In this document: positions 31,243-42,633 of the stretch, in pieces
Numbering within the stretch: the first letter of the stretch is position 1
Layout of the letters: each line of letters starts with the position of its first letter
From: an uncultured cyanobacterium
GTDB taxonomy: Bacteria > Cyanobacteriota > Cyanobacteriia > Cyanobacteriales > Nostocaceae
Assembly (NCBI GenBank): GCA_963740315.1
Contig: CAVUDP010000004.1
Span: 1 to 64,000 of the forward strand
DNA: 64,000 nt
Reading direction: 5' to 3'
Made by a program: the position numbers and the translations under genes
The notes under the pieces: generated by a model
The model's database searches: none
Told to the model about the DNA's origin: nothing
What the model saw: only the letters and a program-made list of their open reading frames with translations

Positions 31243-33480
31243 TCAATCTTTAATACTATCCTCAAAGTGCTTTAATTCATTTAATAAATGTAAAGCTGAT
31301 TGATAAGCTTGGGAAACTATCTCATCTTGCGATTGAGTATTATCAACATCTTGCTTCACTAACGAACCTAATAAATCAATTATTGATTCAATATTGCTAC
31401 GGAAATCACTAGAGATATCTTTTGATTTTTCTTGAGTTTCACCACGATTTTCTCCTACTGCTGGCACGAGTTGCCAATTTTTTTGTAAGTTAAAAATATC
31501 TTCAAAAACATCAACAATATTAAGAATTTTCCAAGCAGATTTATATGAATTTTCTAATAATTCCTGCTTTTCTTGAGGATTTTCAGCTAAATTATCAAGC
31601 AATAGCAGTAGAAAACCAATTGTAGAATTCAATCGCGTCCGCATTTCATAAGATACCCGCACCAAATGCTGACGGTTACTTTGTGTTTCTCCTTGTTCGC
31701 CAAACTGCATTGAATAAAGTCGTTTGTAATAACCACCCTTTTGCAACAGTTCATTGTGGGTTCCTACCTCTACCACGCGCCCTTGTTCTAAAACCGCTAT
31801 TTGATCCGCTTTTTGCACGGTAGAAAGACGGTGGGCGATTACCAAAGTAGTTCGATCGCGACTCAAATCATCGATTGCTTCTTGCACCAATCGTTCGGAA
31901 ACAGTATCTAATGCCGAAGTTGCTTCATCAAGAATTAGAATATCTGGATTTTGTACCAAAGCCCGCGCGATCGCTAGTCTTTGCCTTTGTCCTCCAGATA
32001 ACATTACACCGCGATCGCCAATTACTGTGTCGAATCCTTGAGGTAGTTTGGTGATAAATTCGTAAGCATTAGCGCGTTTGGCTGCTCCCATCACTTCCTC
32101 ATCGCTAACTTGGAATTCTCCATAAGCAATATTGTTTCTGACGGAATCGTTGAAAAGGAAAGTGTCTTGCGATACTATTCCCATTGATTTTCGCAACGAT
32201 TGTAAATCAAAATCTCGTAAATCTGTATTGTCAACAGTAATATTACCGGAAATTGGATCGTAAAATCTCGGTAATAAGTCGGCTAAAGTGGATTTACCCG
32301 CACCCGAACCGCCGACTAAAGCTAGGGTAGTACCGCGAGGTAAATATAAATCTACGTCTTTGAGTATTAGTTTGTCGTGATTTGGGTAATTGAAAGAAAT
32401 CGAATTGAAATGTATTCCTTTTTCTAACTTGGTAAACTTAACATCACCGTTACCCATAAACGGTTTATTTGTTGTATCTAAAAATTCTGTGACAATGCTG
32501 ATGCTAGTAGTTATATTTGCAAGGTTACTTCGTAATGTATTTAATTGAGACATTAACGGCAGTACTCTTAATAAAATTAATAAGTATGTTAGTAGTACAG
32601 CTGAAACTGTAGAAATTTGGGAGCTAAAAATAACACGACTTAAAAACACAATTCCTAATAAAGCCGAAATACCCATTACTTCACTAAGAGGTGCAATAGC
32701 TTCAGAGTTTAACTGAGATTGAAAATCCGCCTCTTCCCGTTCTTTAATCAGCTTTGTGATTCTTTTAAATTCTTTATTTTCATTACCAGTTGATTTAACT
32801 AAACGTATTCCATTCAGAGTTTCTAGCATGGCGATCGAATATCCTTTTGATACCTCGCTTAACTGCTTACCAAACTTTTTAGAACGGATAATTGCATACT
32901 GATTTACTATGACTACTACAGATAATAATAAGGTTGCTGCAATAGTCAACTGCCAGGAAATTGAGATCAAAATTGCAGCGAAAACTAAGATTGTAATTCC
33001 CAAAGTTATTAATTTTACCATCAGCCGCAAAGCATTAGCAGCACGACCAGTTTCTCCACCAAGACGATTGATTAAGTCACCAACTTTCATCTTAGAGTAA
33101 TAATCAATATCAATTTCTAGTAATAACTGTAACCCCGCCTCACGTATATCTGTAGTTATCCTGCGCGTCAAACTACTAGATGTTAATGAACTGGCGTAAT
33201 TCGCGGCATTTTTTAATATAATTGTTAACAGAATTGTCCCTGCCATCAGCCCAAGGCGATAACTTTCTGGAAGATTGTCAAACGGAGACAAAATTGCTTT
33301 AATAATTGGAGGCGCACCAGTTAAATTTACTTCTTGTCCGACAATCTTTAAAATTACTGGGACAATTAGTGCGGTACCAACTCCATTAAACAAAGCTCCT
33401 GAAAAGCCTAAAACTATTGTGATAATAATCCAGCCGGGATAAGGTTTCGCAAATTTAATAAGTAGCTTATTTGTAGACAT
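31243..33480 (-). CDS. ABC exporter (TMD+NBD, HepA/MsbA-like) with C-terminal extension
   Basis: GGSGAGKST, LSGGQRQR, ILILDEATSALD and IAHRLST motifs; about 150 extra C-terminal residues. Confidence 0.9.
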   Translation of the reverse strand: MSTNKLLIKFAKPYPGWIIITIVLGFSGALFNGVGTALIVPVILKIVGQEVNLTGAPPIIKAILSPFDNLPESYRLGLMAGTILLTIILKNAANYASSLTSSSLTRRITTDIREAGLQLLLEIDIDYYSKMKVGDLINRLGGETGRAANALRLMVKLITLGITILVFAAILISISWQLTIAATLLLSVVVIVNQYAIIRSKKFGKQLSEVSKGYSIAMLETLNGIRLVKSTGNENKEFKRITKLIKEREEADFQSQLNSEAIAPLSEVMGISALLGIVFLSRVIFSSQISTVSAVLLTYLLILLRVLPLMSQLNTLRSNLANITTSISIVTEFLDTTNKPFMGNGDVKFTKLEKGIHFNSISFNYPNHDKLILKDVDLYLPRGTTLALVGGSGAGKSTLADLLPRFYDPISGNITVDNTDLRDFDLQSLRKSMGIVSQDTFLFNDSVRNNIAYGEFQVSDEEVMGAAKRANAYEFITKLPQGFDTVIGDRGVMLSGGQRQRLAIARALVQNPDILILDEATSALDTVSERLVQEAIDDLSRDRTTLVIAHRLSTVQKADQIAVLEQGRVVEVGTHNELLQKGGYYKRLYSMQFGEQGETQSNRQHLVRVSYEMRTRLNSTIGFLLLLLDNLAENPQEKQELLENSYKSAWKILNIVDVFEDIFNLQKNWQLVPAVGENRGETQEKSKDISSDFRSNIESIIDLLGSLVKQDVDNTQSQDEIVSQAYQSALHLLNELKHFEDSIKD

Positions 33481-33523
33481 GAAGCAAAATTCGGGAAGTT
33501 ATTAATATGAGTAAGGATAATGA

Positions 33524-34678
33524 TTATAGACTCGAAATTACTTGAGATAATGTAGATGCCATAGTTTCTAAACTATATTTTTCCACACACTTTTCTCTTG
33601 CCCGTTGACCTTTTTCGCAAGCTTCTTCTAAATTATTAAATATTAATTCAATTTGCTCGGCAATTTGGTCGGGAGAACTGGGGTCTACTAAATAACCAGT
33701 ATCACCCAAAATATCGGGAATATCACCTACGCGAGTTGATAATACAGGTTTAGCCATTGCCATTCCATCTGATAGCTTCAAGGGAAACTGAGCGCGAGCG
33801 GTTAAAGTATCTCGCTGTGGAACAACCACCACGTGTGCCGCCGCCAGAATTTCAGGCATTGCCTCCACGGGACACTTTGGCAACTTGATAATCCAACGTC
33901 CCCATTTTTCAATTAGGCGATCGTCATAGTCATCGTATGGACTTCCACCTACGATCGCAAGTCTTAAATCCGCTTGGTTCAACTTGTCCAAGGCAATTAA
34001 AACATCTTCAACCCCTTTATGGGGTCTTGGTGCGCCAGGAAACATCAAAACTCGGTACTCGGACAAACCGTAACGTTCTCTACTTGCCTTTGCGTCATAC
34101 TTATGGGGGGAAAACATTGCAGTGTCTTTGCCATTAGGTACGTAAACACCTCCAAAACGGTCTTGAAGAAATTGGGTATCTATAGTTACCGCATCTGCTT
34201 TTGAAACTAACTTTTCTATCCACTGAAGATACAGCGGATGATCTGGAAATCTCAATGCTCCATTCTGCTTAAAAATATCTCGATAAAGTTGCTTAGGACT
34301 CGGACGATACTTCCATTTTTCACCACCATGCCAACTAAGTTCCCAGTCATCCATATCTAAAATTACAGGACGATGGCGGTTGAGTTTCGCCAATAAAGAC
34401 ACGCCAAAACTTGTAGGTTTAGGTTTTACCGCGTAAATTATATCCCCATCTAGTTTTTGTAAAAGTTGTCGAGTTGAGCTAATAAACTCAGGATAATTCG
34501 TGCCCGCAATCGATACAACTGATATTTTAGAAGGAGGTATAGCATACAATTCCTTCCCAAATAAAAACCCTACAACTTCGACCGAAAAATCCATTTTTTT
34601 TAAGACTTGTGCTAGTAAAAAAGCTCGAATGCTTCCGCCTCCAGCTAAATCACTAACGACTAATGAAACTTTTTTCAT
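33524..34678 (-). CDS. Glycosyltransferase family 4
   Basis: GAPRPHKGVED and FPLKLSDGMAMAKPV motifs. Confidence 0.88.
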   Translation of the reverse strand: MKKVSLVVSDLAGGGSIRAFLLAQVLKKMDFSVEVVGFLFGKELYAIPPSKISVVSIAGTNYPEFISSTRQLLQKLDGDIIYAVKPKPTSFGVSLLAKLNRHRPVILDMDDWELSWHGGEKWKYRPSPKQLYRDIFKQNGALRFPDHPLYLQWIEKLVSKADAVTIDTQFLQDRFGGVYVPNGKDTAMFSPHKYDAKASRERYGLSEYRVLMFPGAPRPHKGVEDVLIALDKLNQADLRLAIVGGSPYDDYDDRLIEKWGRWIIKLPKCPVEAMPEILAAAHVVVVPQRDTLTARAQFPLKLSDGMAMAKPVLSTRVGDIPDILGDTGYLVDPSSPDQIAEQIELIFNNLEEACEKGQRAREKCVEKYSLETMASTLSQVISSL

Positions 34679-34704
34679 GATATATGGAAGTTTATTTAAT
34701 AATG

Positions 34705-35730
34705 CTATAGCTGTTGCGTCTTTGTTTTACTGCCAAATAACCCCTCGAAAAATGTGATGATTTTGTGCGATCGTGGTCCTCTTGCTTTTTCATAAATTAA
34801 AAAGCTAGGAGTAATTAAGCGAACCATATATAATAGTTTTATGATAGATACATGGTAAATTTTGATTTTTTTATTTAATAACTCTAAAGGAGGAACAAAT
34901 AATTTCAGGAGTCGAGAAAAATTATTATGCTCTTTTTCTCTAATTGCTTCTTCGAGCAGAAAATTAACCCCAACTTGACATAAGGGAATCAAATCCTTGT
35001 GCTTTGAGCAAACCGTCTCGTAAAACATAATGTAATAGTTTTTCATGTAAGACCAATTATTAGTTGTATTTGACTGATGTTTCGTATAAAATGCTCCCAC
35101 TAATGGGGTGTAGACAAATTTGACACCTGCTACAAGCAAATCTGCTGTAAAATCTCTATCTTCGACAGCTTTAAGCCTAAGATCGAACATTTTTTTGTCA
35201 AGAACGTTTCTATGCATCAGCAGACATTGCTGAAGCAAGGGAAATGGGGAATTAGCTAAAAAGTCTGGGATCAATAAACGTTTAATTAATTGCTCTGAAG
35301 TTAAACAACCAACGATATTTTCCTGTCTGTTGGTAATATGCTGCTCTTTATCTAAAAATACGCGCTCATAATCTGTATAAAATACAGTATTCTCGTCATC
35401 TACTTGATTTGAATAGCTTAATTGAAATCTAATTTTATCTTCGTGAATCCAGTCATCTCCATCTAAAAACTGAATCCACTTACCTTGCGCTTGTTTAAAG
35501 CCAAAATTTCGAGATGAGGATACCCCACCATTTTCTTTATAATAGTAACTAACTCGTGGATCGTAACTTTTTAACTGCTCGGCTACTTCTTGAGTGTTAT
35601 CGCTAGAGCCATCATCTACAATAATGCATTCTAAGTCTGTAAATGTTTGTGCAAGTACACTTTTAACTGAGCGTTCTAGGTAGCCAGCTTGATTGAAACA
35701 GGTAACAACGATGGAAACAACTGGAGTCAT
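34705..35730 (-). CDS. Glycosyltransferase family 2
   Basis: SIVVTCFN, VDDGSSD, QFLDGDD and VED motifs. Confidence 0.9.
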   Translation of the reverse strand: MTPVVSIVVTCFNQAGYLERSVKSVLAQTFTDLECIIVDDGSSDNTQEVAEQLKSYDPRVSYYYKENGGVSSSRNFGFKQAQGKWIQFLDGDDWIHEDKIRFQLSYSNQVDDENTVFYTDYERVFLDKEQHITNRQENIVGCLTSEQLIKRLLIPDFLANSPFPLLQQCLLMHRNVLDKKMFDLRLKAVEDRDFTADLLVAGVKFVYTPLVGAFYTKHQSNTTNNWSYMKNYYIMFYETVCSKHKDLIPLCQVGVNFLLEEAIREKEHNNFSRLLKLFVPPLELLNKKIKIYHVSIIKLLYMVRLITPSFLIYEKARGPRSHKIITFFEGLFGSKTKTQQL

Positions 35731-37714
35731 TGGTTAAACAATTCTATGGTTTTTTAGCCTTAATTGCTACTAAGTACTTATTAGTAACTAGTTTATTATA
35801 GGCGGGGAATTCGTAGATACACCAAAAAACTTCTAGCTATGCCTTTATCTAAGCTGTATAAATAGCTGCAATAGTCGGCACTTCTATTCAGATACTGGCA
35901 CGCTCTAGATAAAACAGTGCTGTGTATATGCGATTAATTGATGGCATTTGATATGCTTCTATAGAACTTCAGATAACTCTGAAAGATAATGGTTCCCAAA
36001 CTACGATATTTTCTGGTGTATTATAGCTGTAATCAAAAGCCATGTAATCGAAACCTAACGCAATACGTGCCAGTTGCAATTGTTGATGGTTGGAAATAAC
36101 AGACTCAATTAGTATCCAACCTGGAAAATAGTGAAAAAGTTTTGGTTAACCTAATAAATACTGTAATCATTGGCTGTTTATATTTATAAACCTAGATATA
36201 ACAGTAGATATAACAAAAACTGAACCATAATTAATAGCTGAATTTAACTGAGAAAGCATTAACATCTTAAAGGTAGAGCAAATATTAATGATGTCTTAGT
36301 TCAGAATTTATTCCAAATTTAACTTTTCAAACAATTGAAAACTAATCTATCTACAATGATATTTTATAAAAAGGAACAGAAATAAATTTAACTTTATATA
36401 TACTCTTTCTTCTAGAGTAATTCTACTGATATATTAAATATCAGGTTCCAAATATATCGAATTCTTCACGATTAATACGGTATACAGGTAAAAATTTCGT
36501 ATTATAGCTGAGCGCTAATATAAAAACGGCATCTACTACTTACCCTACGAATTTACCGATCGCTATAGAATAGCTTAAAATCCACTTTAAAAAAAAAACG
36601 GGTTTCTTAATTTTCGCTAATTACTTAGAAATCTTAAAAAATGGGATGTCAGTTGGCATACAAAGTGGATAATATATAGTATTTATTCGTAATCGTCTTT
36701 TTACTTAAGTAATTTAATTAAATTTACATAAGCGTTTTCACTGCTGCTTTAAGAATTATTCATACAAATTACGTAATATTCACAGTATTTATATGCTTTT
36801 TTCATCATGCATTTGTTAGATATGAGTCATAAGATATTTATCTAAGGAGAAAATTACGGATTAAAGCTTTTGACATACATAGCCTCGACAATTGAAAAAC
36901 TTTGCTCATAGTAAAAATTCTTTCAATTATCAGGTTCGATCGGTCGTTTTTGTACGCATAGTAACAATTTCCACTTTAATTGTTTCAAAATTAATACGTA
37001 CTTTACATAAACCAAACACTGTGATAATAGATAGCGTGTTATGCTCATCTCAGGGATCGATCAGTATAAACACTAGTTCTCTACACAAAGAACTATTTTA
37101 TTACTGTTATTTGCACTACTTGTCTGCGGTAAATAAAACTACGTTTATATTTAACTTTTAGGCTTAGCTATAAAAGTTATTACTAAAACTGTTAGATTAT
37201 CGCTTTTGTTATGCTTACTATGCTCAAAAGGCTAAATAAAAACTAAAAAGCTTGCGATACAAGAAATACTTTTCCAGTATTTGAAGTATTAAAGATTTAA
37301 TTTAGCTATATTTATTAATTATTAACTTAATAAACTGACATATTCGGTATGAGAAAAATATTTTTATTATCTAACTTAAAAAGAAATAATCTCGATCGCA
37401 TACTATTTTGCTAGTTTTTGATTTGCCTGTTTTAAGTTCAGATAAATAGGACTAATAAATTTCAGGTAGTCAATATTTACTTTGCAATTATGTTGAATTT
37501 AGCATACTTGTTCGTCGGGGAAGTCTTTTTGCTCCTAGTTTAGCGCGGCGCGTTCAAAAAACATATTTCTATGCCTGGAAAAGGTGTAGGGGTTATGTTT
37601 GCGGAAATAAGACTGTTAATAACAATACTTTTCGGCGCAACATCCGTTCAACAAATGTTTTATTCGGATGAATTATCAACTCACTTAATATTTTTGAATT
37701 AACTTGAGGATAAA

Positions 37715-40700
37715 ATGGCACAAAATAATCAGAATAATAATCATACCGCAAAAGCATTTTTCGCGATCGATCCTAGCGGCAGTAGTATCAATAACAGTAC
37801 TTATGCTAACGGCAGTTTTCGGATTACAAATAATTCCACAAACGGTGAAAAAATAAACAAAGTTACTATTGATTTGAGTACTAGTATTTTTCCAGATTTA
37901 GTATTCGATCCTGATGGTAAAGCCGGGGACCCAGTTGGTAAGGGATTTGCAGTTGATAGTCAGGGAGGAACCGGATTAGTTAAAGGTAATTTTATTAAAC
38001 TTCATGATGATGGTTATGATGCATTAGAAATATTTTTTAATGATTTCGATCCAGGTGAAACATTTACTTTTTCTGCTGATATCGATCCAACAAGCGTCAG
38101 GGGTTTACCTCAACCCGGTCCCCAAGAATCTGCAAGTGTATCGGGATTGGAATTGATAGGTTCAAAAGTAACGGTAGATTTTGATAATAATGCCACATAT
38201 ACGGGACAAACTTACAGAATTCCTGATAGTTTAGATGGCTCGCAAGCTGTAATTAAAGCTAATTTACCGGACAAACTTGCAATCGAAGTTTTAGGCTTAT
38301 CTCCTTTACCTGCGGTGTCAGAACTTAATCAAATTAGAGTTACGGGTACCCCAGGTGAGGAGGTTGCATTATTAGCAGTTGAGGGAGGTTTATTTCTTGA
38401 TGATAATGATGGCTTTGATATTGAGCCAATGGAGGCTAATTCCGCGATACAAGTTCAGGAAAAGACTGCAACCATCGGTGCAAATGGTTATGTAGATATC
38501 CCTATTACATTGCAAGACTCATTGAAAGATTCTGAAAATAAGGGAGGAATCAATCATCTTGTGGCAGTCGCTAAAGATTCAGAGGGTAATACAGGCTTAC
38601 TTTCTGATGTCAAAATAGTAGATATTCAATCTAACTTAACTCCAACACCAGCAACACCAGATCCCAACCCATCAAACATTATTCGTATTAACGCTGGTGG
38701 AGATGCTTACACAGATGTGAATGGGAATTTGTGGAGTGCTGACCAATATTCTACTGGAGGTCGTAAGTATTCCACTAAAGCCGATATCGCCAATACAGAT
38801 GACGATAAGCTGTACCAAACTGAACGCTGGACAAAAGATTTATCCTACGTTATCCCAGTCTCAAATGGTGACTATAAAGTAACTGTTAAGTTTGCAGAAC
38901 TGTATTGGGATAGTACAAATAAAAGAAGCTTTGATTTATCTGCTGAAGGTAAGTTGGTTATTGATGACCTTGATATCTTTACAGCAGCAGGAGGTAAAAA
39001 TACTGCTTTAGATAAATCTTTTGACGTTACTGTCAGCGATGGCAGCTTAAATTTAGATTTTCTGACTAATTCTGATAATGCGAAGTTAGCAGCAATTGAG
39101 ATTATTGGCAGTTCTGCACCCACACCAGATCCAATTCCAGATCCAACACCAGATCCAGATCCAAATCCAGATCCAAATCCAGAGCCCAACCCAACAAACA
39201 TTATTCGTATTAATGCTGGTGGAGATGCTTACACAGATGTAAATGGGAATTTGTGGAGTGCTGACCAATATTTTAGTGGAGGTCGTAAATATTCTACTAA
39301 AGCCGATATCGCTAAAACAGAAGATGATAAGCTGTACCAAACTGAACGCTGGACAAAAAATTTATCCTACGTTATTCCAGTCTCAAATGGTGACTATAAA
39401 GTAACTGTTAAGTTTGCAGAACTCTATTGGGATAGTACAAATAAAAGAAGCTTTGATTTATCTGCTGAAGGTAAGTTGGTTATTGACGATCTTGATATCT
39501 TTACAGCAGCAGGAGGTAAAAATACTGCCTTAGATAAATCTTTTGACATTACTGTCAGCGATGGAAGCTTAAATTTAGATTTTCTGACTAATTCTGATAA
39601 TGCGAAGTTAGCAGCAATTGAGATTATTGGCAGTTCTGCACCAACTCCAAATCCAACTCCAGATCCAACATCAGCAATTCGCATCAATGCTGGTGGTAAT
39701 GCCTATACCGATACAGCAGGTAATGTATGGAGTGGGGATAAGTATTTTGATGTAGGAAGAACATTTTCTACCACTTCTGATATTTTCAAAACAGAAGATG
39801 ACACCTTATATCAGACAGAACGCTGGGCTAAAAATCTGGGATATTCCATACCTGTTAACGATGGTAATTACAGAGTTAATCTACATTTTGCAGAAAATTA
39901 TTTCACTGACTTCAACAAACGTTTATTTGATGTATCTGTAGAAGGAGAAAAAGTTATTGATGACTTAGATATTTTTGCTAAATCTAAGAATGCTTTTTTC
40001 CCTGGGAAAGATTCCGCTTATATCTACTCTGTTGATGAGGTAAATGTTACGGATGGTTTTTTAAATCTGGATTTGGATGCGAGTATAGATAACGCCAAAC
40101 TTTCTGCAATTGAAATTATTTCTCTCACCGGACCTCAAGTTATTTTTAAACAAACAGATGGTAATACCTCTGTAATTGAAGGTGAAACAACAGGAGACAG
40201 TTATTCTATAATTTTAAACAGTCAACCAACTGCGGATGTGACTGTAGACTTAGATTTTAATAATCAGATCGCCACAAATACTAATAGCGTTACCTTTACT
40301 CCAAATAATTGGAATATACCTCAAAGCATTACGGTTGCTGCTGTAGACGATCGCCTTGCAGAGGGAAATCAAATCGTAAATATTGCTCACACTATTATTA
40401 GCGATGACAATGATTATAAAAATCTCAGCCTGCCTAAAATAGCTGTTTCTGTAGGTGATGACGATACGGTTGCGATCGCCTTTAACGAAAAGAAGACGGT
40501 TGCAACTATGTCCCTACCAACAGCAGCAGCCTGGGGACCCGATGGTAGACTGTATGTTGGTTCATATTTGGGTGAAATCAAAGCGTATACTTTTGATGGT
40601 AATTACAACGTTATCGATACCCAAACTATAACTACTTTGGAGGGGCTATCGAATAAAAATATATTAGGTATAGCCTTCAACCCATACGATACTTCTGACT

Positions 40701-41983
40701 CCCCTACTATCTACGTATCTCATAACGAACTTTATGCTAACGGCGGTAAGGATTTTCCAAAAACTGAATTATCTCCCTACAGCGGACAGATATCAACATT
40801 AGAAGGACCCGACTTTTCTAGAGTTCAAGCATTAATAACTGGACTACCAGTATCCAATCACGACCACGGTGTCAATAGTATGACCTTCGATAACGAAGGC
40901 AATTTATATGTTGCTGTTGGTGGGAATACAAATGCAGGTATACCAGCAGACAAAATTGGTGGAATTCCGGAATCCCCCTTCGCAGCGGCAATTTTAAAGG
41001 CAGAAATTACAAAACCTGATTTTAATGGTGAAATTAAATATCAACTACCTGCTGATTTTGTGCCCCCGCAAGGATTAACATTCGATCCCGCAGAAAGTCA
41101 GGTATTTGGAGATGTCGCAAAGGTTGTAGATGGAGTGGATGTATCTGTATATGCCAGCGGTCTACGTAATTCTTTTGATTTACTCTGGACAACACAAGGA
41201 TTAATGTATGCCACAGATAACGGACCGAATGGTGGATTTGGGGATGTATCAACTTCTGCAACAACTCAAAAGCCAGTTAAAAACGCACCAGATGAATTAA
41301 ATTTAATTATAGAAGATGGATATTACGGTCATCCGAATCGAAATCGGGGACAAGACGATCCCCGTCAAAATTTTTACTACACCGACAAAGACTCTACTAT
41401 CGACGGCGTTTATAATGCACCGTTAACAACTTTCTCCGCATCTACTAACGGTATTGATGAGTATCGCGCAAATACATTTGGCGGACAGATGCGAGGTAAC
41501 TTGATTACTCAAAAGTGGAATGGGGAATCATTTAATGTGACTTTATCCCCAGATGGTACTCAAGTCGTAAATCAAGAAGTTTTAAACCCCCAATCCAAAG
41601 CCTTAGATATATTAACAGGTCCGGGAGGAGCGATCGTAGGCATTAATATGAGTGGCGGTAAAATTGAAGTTTCAACCCCCAATGATATTACAGTAAGTGG
41701 TGCAACTGCTTATGATATTTTCCCTTGGAGAGCGCCTGCTACAGGAGGTAACTTATTTATCATTGGCGGTGAAGAATTTGGAGATTTGAGCAACACCAGC
41801 GTTACTATTGGCTCGGAAATTGTCACCTTGACTTCAGTTTCAGATAACCAAATTATGGGTATCCTACCTTCATTCGATCGTGTTTCAGGCGACTTGTTAG
41901 ACATTTTAGTAACAAGCCACGGTGAGACTTCTATAATTAGTGATGCATTTTTACCATTAACAGGTTCAGCGCACTTTGTTTAA
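37715..41983 (+). CDS. Large modular protein: 3 malectin domains, Calx-beta-like module, sugar-dehydrogenase-like beta-propeller, C-terminal IPT/TIG-like module
   Basis: Repeats of RINAGG...DDKLYQTERW...V.VKFAE...R.FD...IEI with Pro/Asp linkers; VTFTPNNWNIPQ; WGPDGRLYVG, NHDHG, GLRNSFD and PDELN motifs. GAGGA RBS upstream. Confidence 0.8.
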   Translation: MAQNNQNNNHTAKAFFAIDPSGSSINNSTYANGSFRITNNSTNGEKINKVTIDLSTSIFPDLVFDPDGKAGDPVGKGFAVDSQGGTGLVKGNFIKLHDDGYDALEIFFNDFDPGETFTFSADIDPTSVRGLPQPGPQESASVSGLELIGSKVTVDFDNNATYTGQTYRIPDSLDGSQAVIKANLPDKLAIEVLGLSPLPAVSELNQIRVTGTPGEEVALLAVEGGLFLDDNDGFDIEPMEANSAIQVQEKTATIGANGYVDIPITLQDSLKDSENKGGINHLVAVAKDSEGNTGLLSDVKIVDIQSNLTPTPATPDPNPSNIIRINAGGDAYTDVNGNLWSADQYSTGGRKYSTKADIANTDDDKLYQTERWTKDLSYVIPVSNGDYKVTVKFAELYWDSTNKRSFDLSAEGKLVIDDLDIFTAAGGKNTALDKSFDVTVSDGSLNLDFLTNSDNAKLAAIEIIGSSAPTPDPIPDPTPDPDPNPDPNPEPNPTNIIRINAGGDAYTDVNGNLWSADQYFSGGRKYSTKADIAKTEDDKLYQTERWTKNLSYVIPVSNGDYKVTVKFAELYWDSTNKRSFDLSAEGKLVIDDLDIFTAAGGKNTALDKSFDITVSDGSLNLDFLTNSDNAKLAAIEIIGSSAPTPNPTPDPTSAIRINAGGNAYTDTAGNVWSGDKYFDVGRTFSTTSDIFKTEDDTLYQTERWAKNLGYSIPVNDGNYRVNLHFAENYFTDFNKRLFDVSVEGEKVIDDLDIFAKSKNAFFPGKDSAYIYSVDEVNVTDGFLNLDLDASIDNAKLSAIEIISLTGPQVIFKQTDGNTSVIEGETTGDSYSIILNSQPTADVTVDLDFNNQIATNTNSVTFTPNNWNIPQSITVAAVDDRLAEGNQIVNIAHTIISDDNDYKNLSLPKIAVSVGDDDTVAIAFNEKKTVATMSLPTAAAWGPDGRLYVGSYLGEIKAYTFDGNYNVIDTQTITTLEGLSNKNILGIAFNPYDTSDSPTIYVSHNELYANGGKDFPKTELSPYSGQISTLEGPDFSRVQALITGLPVSNHDHGVNSMTFDNEGNLYVAVGGNTNAGIPADKIGGIPESPFAAAILKAEITKPDFNGEIKYQLPADFVPPQGLTFDPAESQVFGDVAKVVDGVDVSVYASGLRNSFDLLWTTQGLMYATDNGPNGGFGDVSTSATTQKPVKNAPDELNLIIEDGYYGHPNRNRGQDDPRQNFYYTDKDSTIDGVYNAPLTTFSASTNGIDEYRANTFGGQMRGNLITQKWNGESFNVTLSPDGTQVVNQEVLNPQSKALDILTGPGGAIVGINMSGGKIEVSTPNDITVSGATAYDIFPWRAPATGGNLFIIGGEEFGDLSNTSVTIGSEIVTLTSVSDNQIMGILPSFDRVSGDLLDILVTSHGETSIISDAFLPLTGSAHFV

Positions 41984-42633
41984 GGAGACTAGTGGGTGAG
42001 GGGGAAGAGGGGGAAGAGGGGGAAGAGGGGGGAGAAAAAACAATAGTTTTTAGAATACACCCATCAAAACTAATGAAAAGGACTACTAATACTCCAAGAA
42101 ATTATAAGGGGTTCAGGTAGTGCGAGCGTCTCGCTCGCTGGTTGCTTTTAGGTGGCTGGTTGCTTTTAGCTCGCTCGCTGGTTGCTTTAATGCCCGGTGA
42201 AGGTGGGGAGTAGGGATTAGGCAGTAGGGAGTATAGGAAAAAAGTTATTAGTGAAGAGTTAAAAAATGTTGGAAAAAATCTCCGAATAATTTCTACAATC
42301 TGTGCCCCCGAAGTAAATTCAATTGATTGACATACTGAGCTTTTATTTACGTATTAATCGGGAAGCGATCGCATATTATCTAAATTTTAATAAGACTTAC
42401 GCAACCGCAACGATTATTAAGCATCAACGAGTTTTAGATCCCCCCAACCCCCCTTCGGAGTTGGGGGGCTTTGCGTAATTACTATTTAATTTATTGTCTG
42501 TTAGCAACGATAAATTAAAGTTTTTATATATATTGGACTAGATGTTGGTAAAATCAACGAGGCAAATTACTAAAACTTCAGTTACAAGAGTAATGTTACG
42601 TTTGTTACTCAGGTAACTAAAGTTAATTTTATA

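Noticed and set aside
26243..35730. Specific hep/hps gene names for the second glycosyltransferase cluster
   Set aside because: Families are recognisable, but orthology to heterocyst or hormogonium polysaccharide genes cannot be established without a search.
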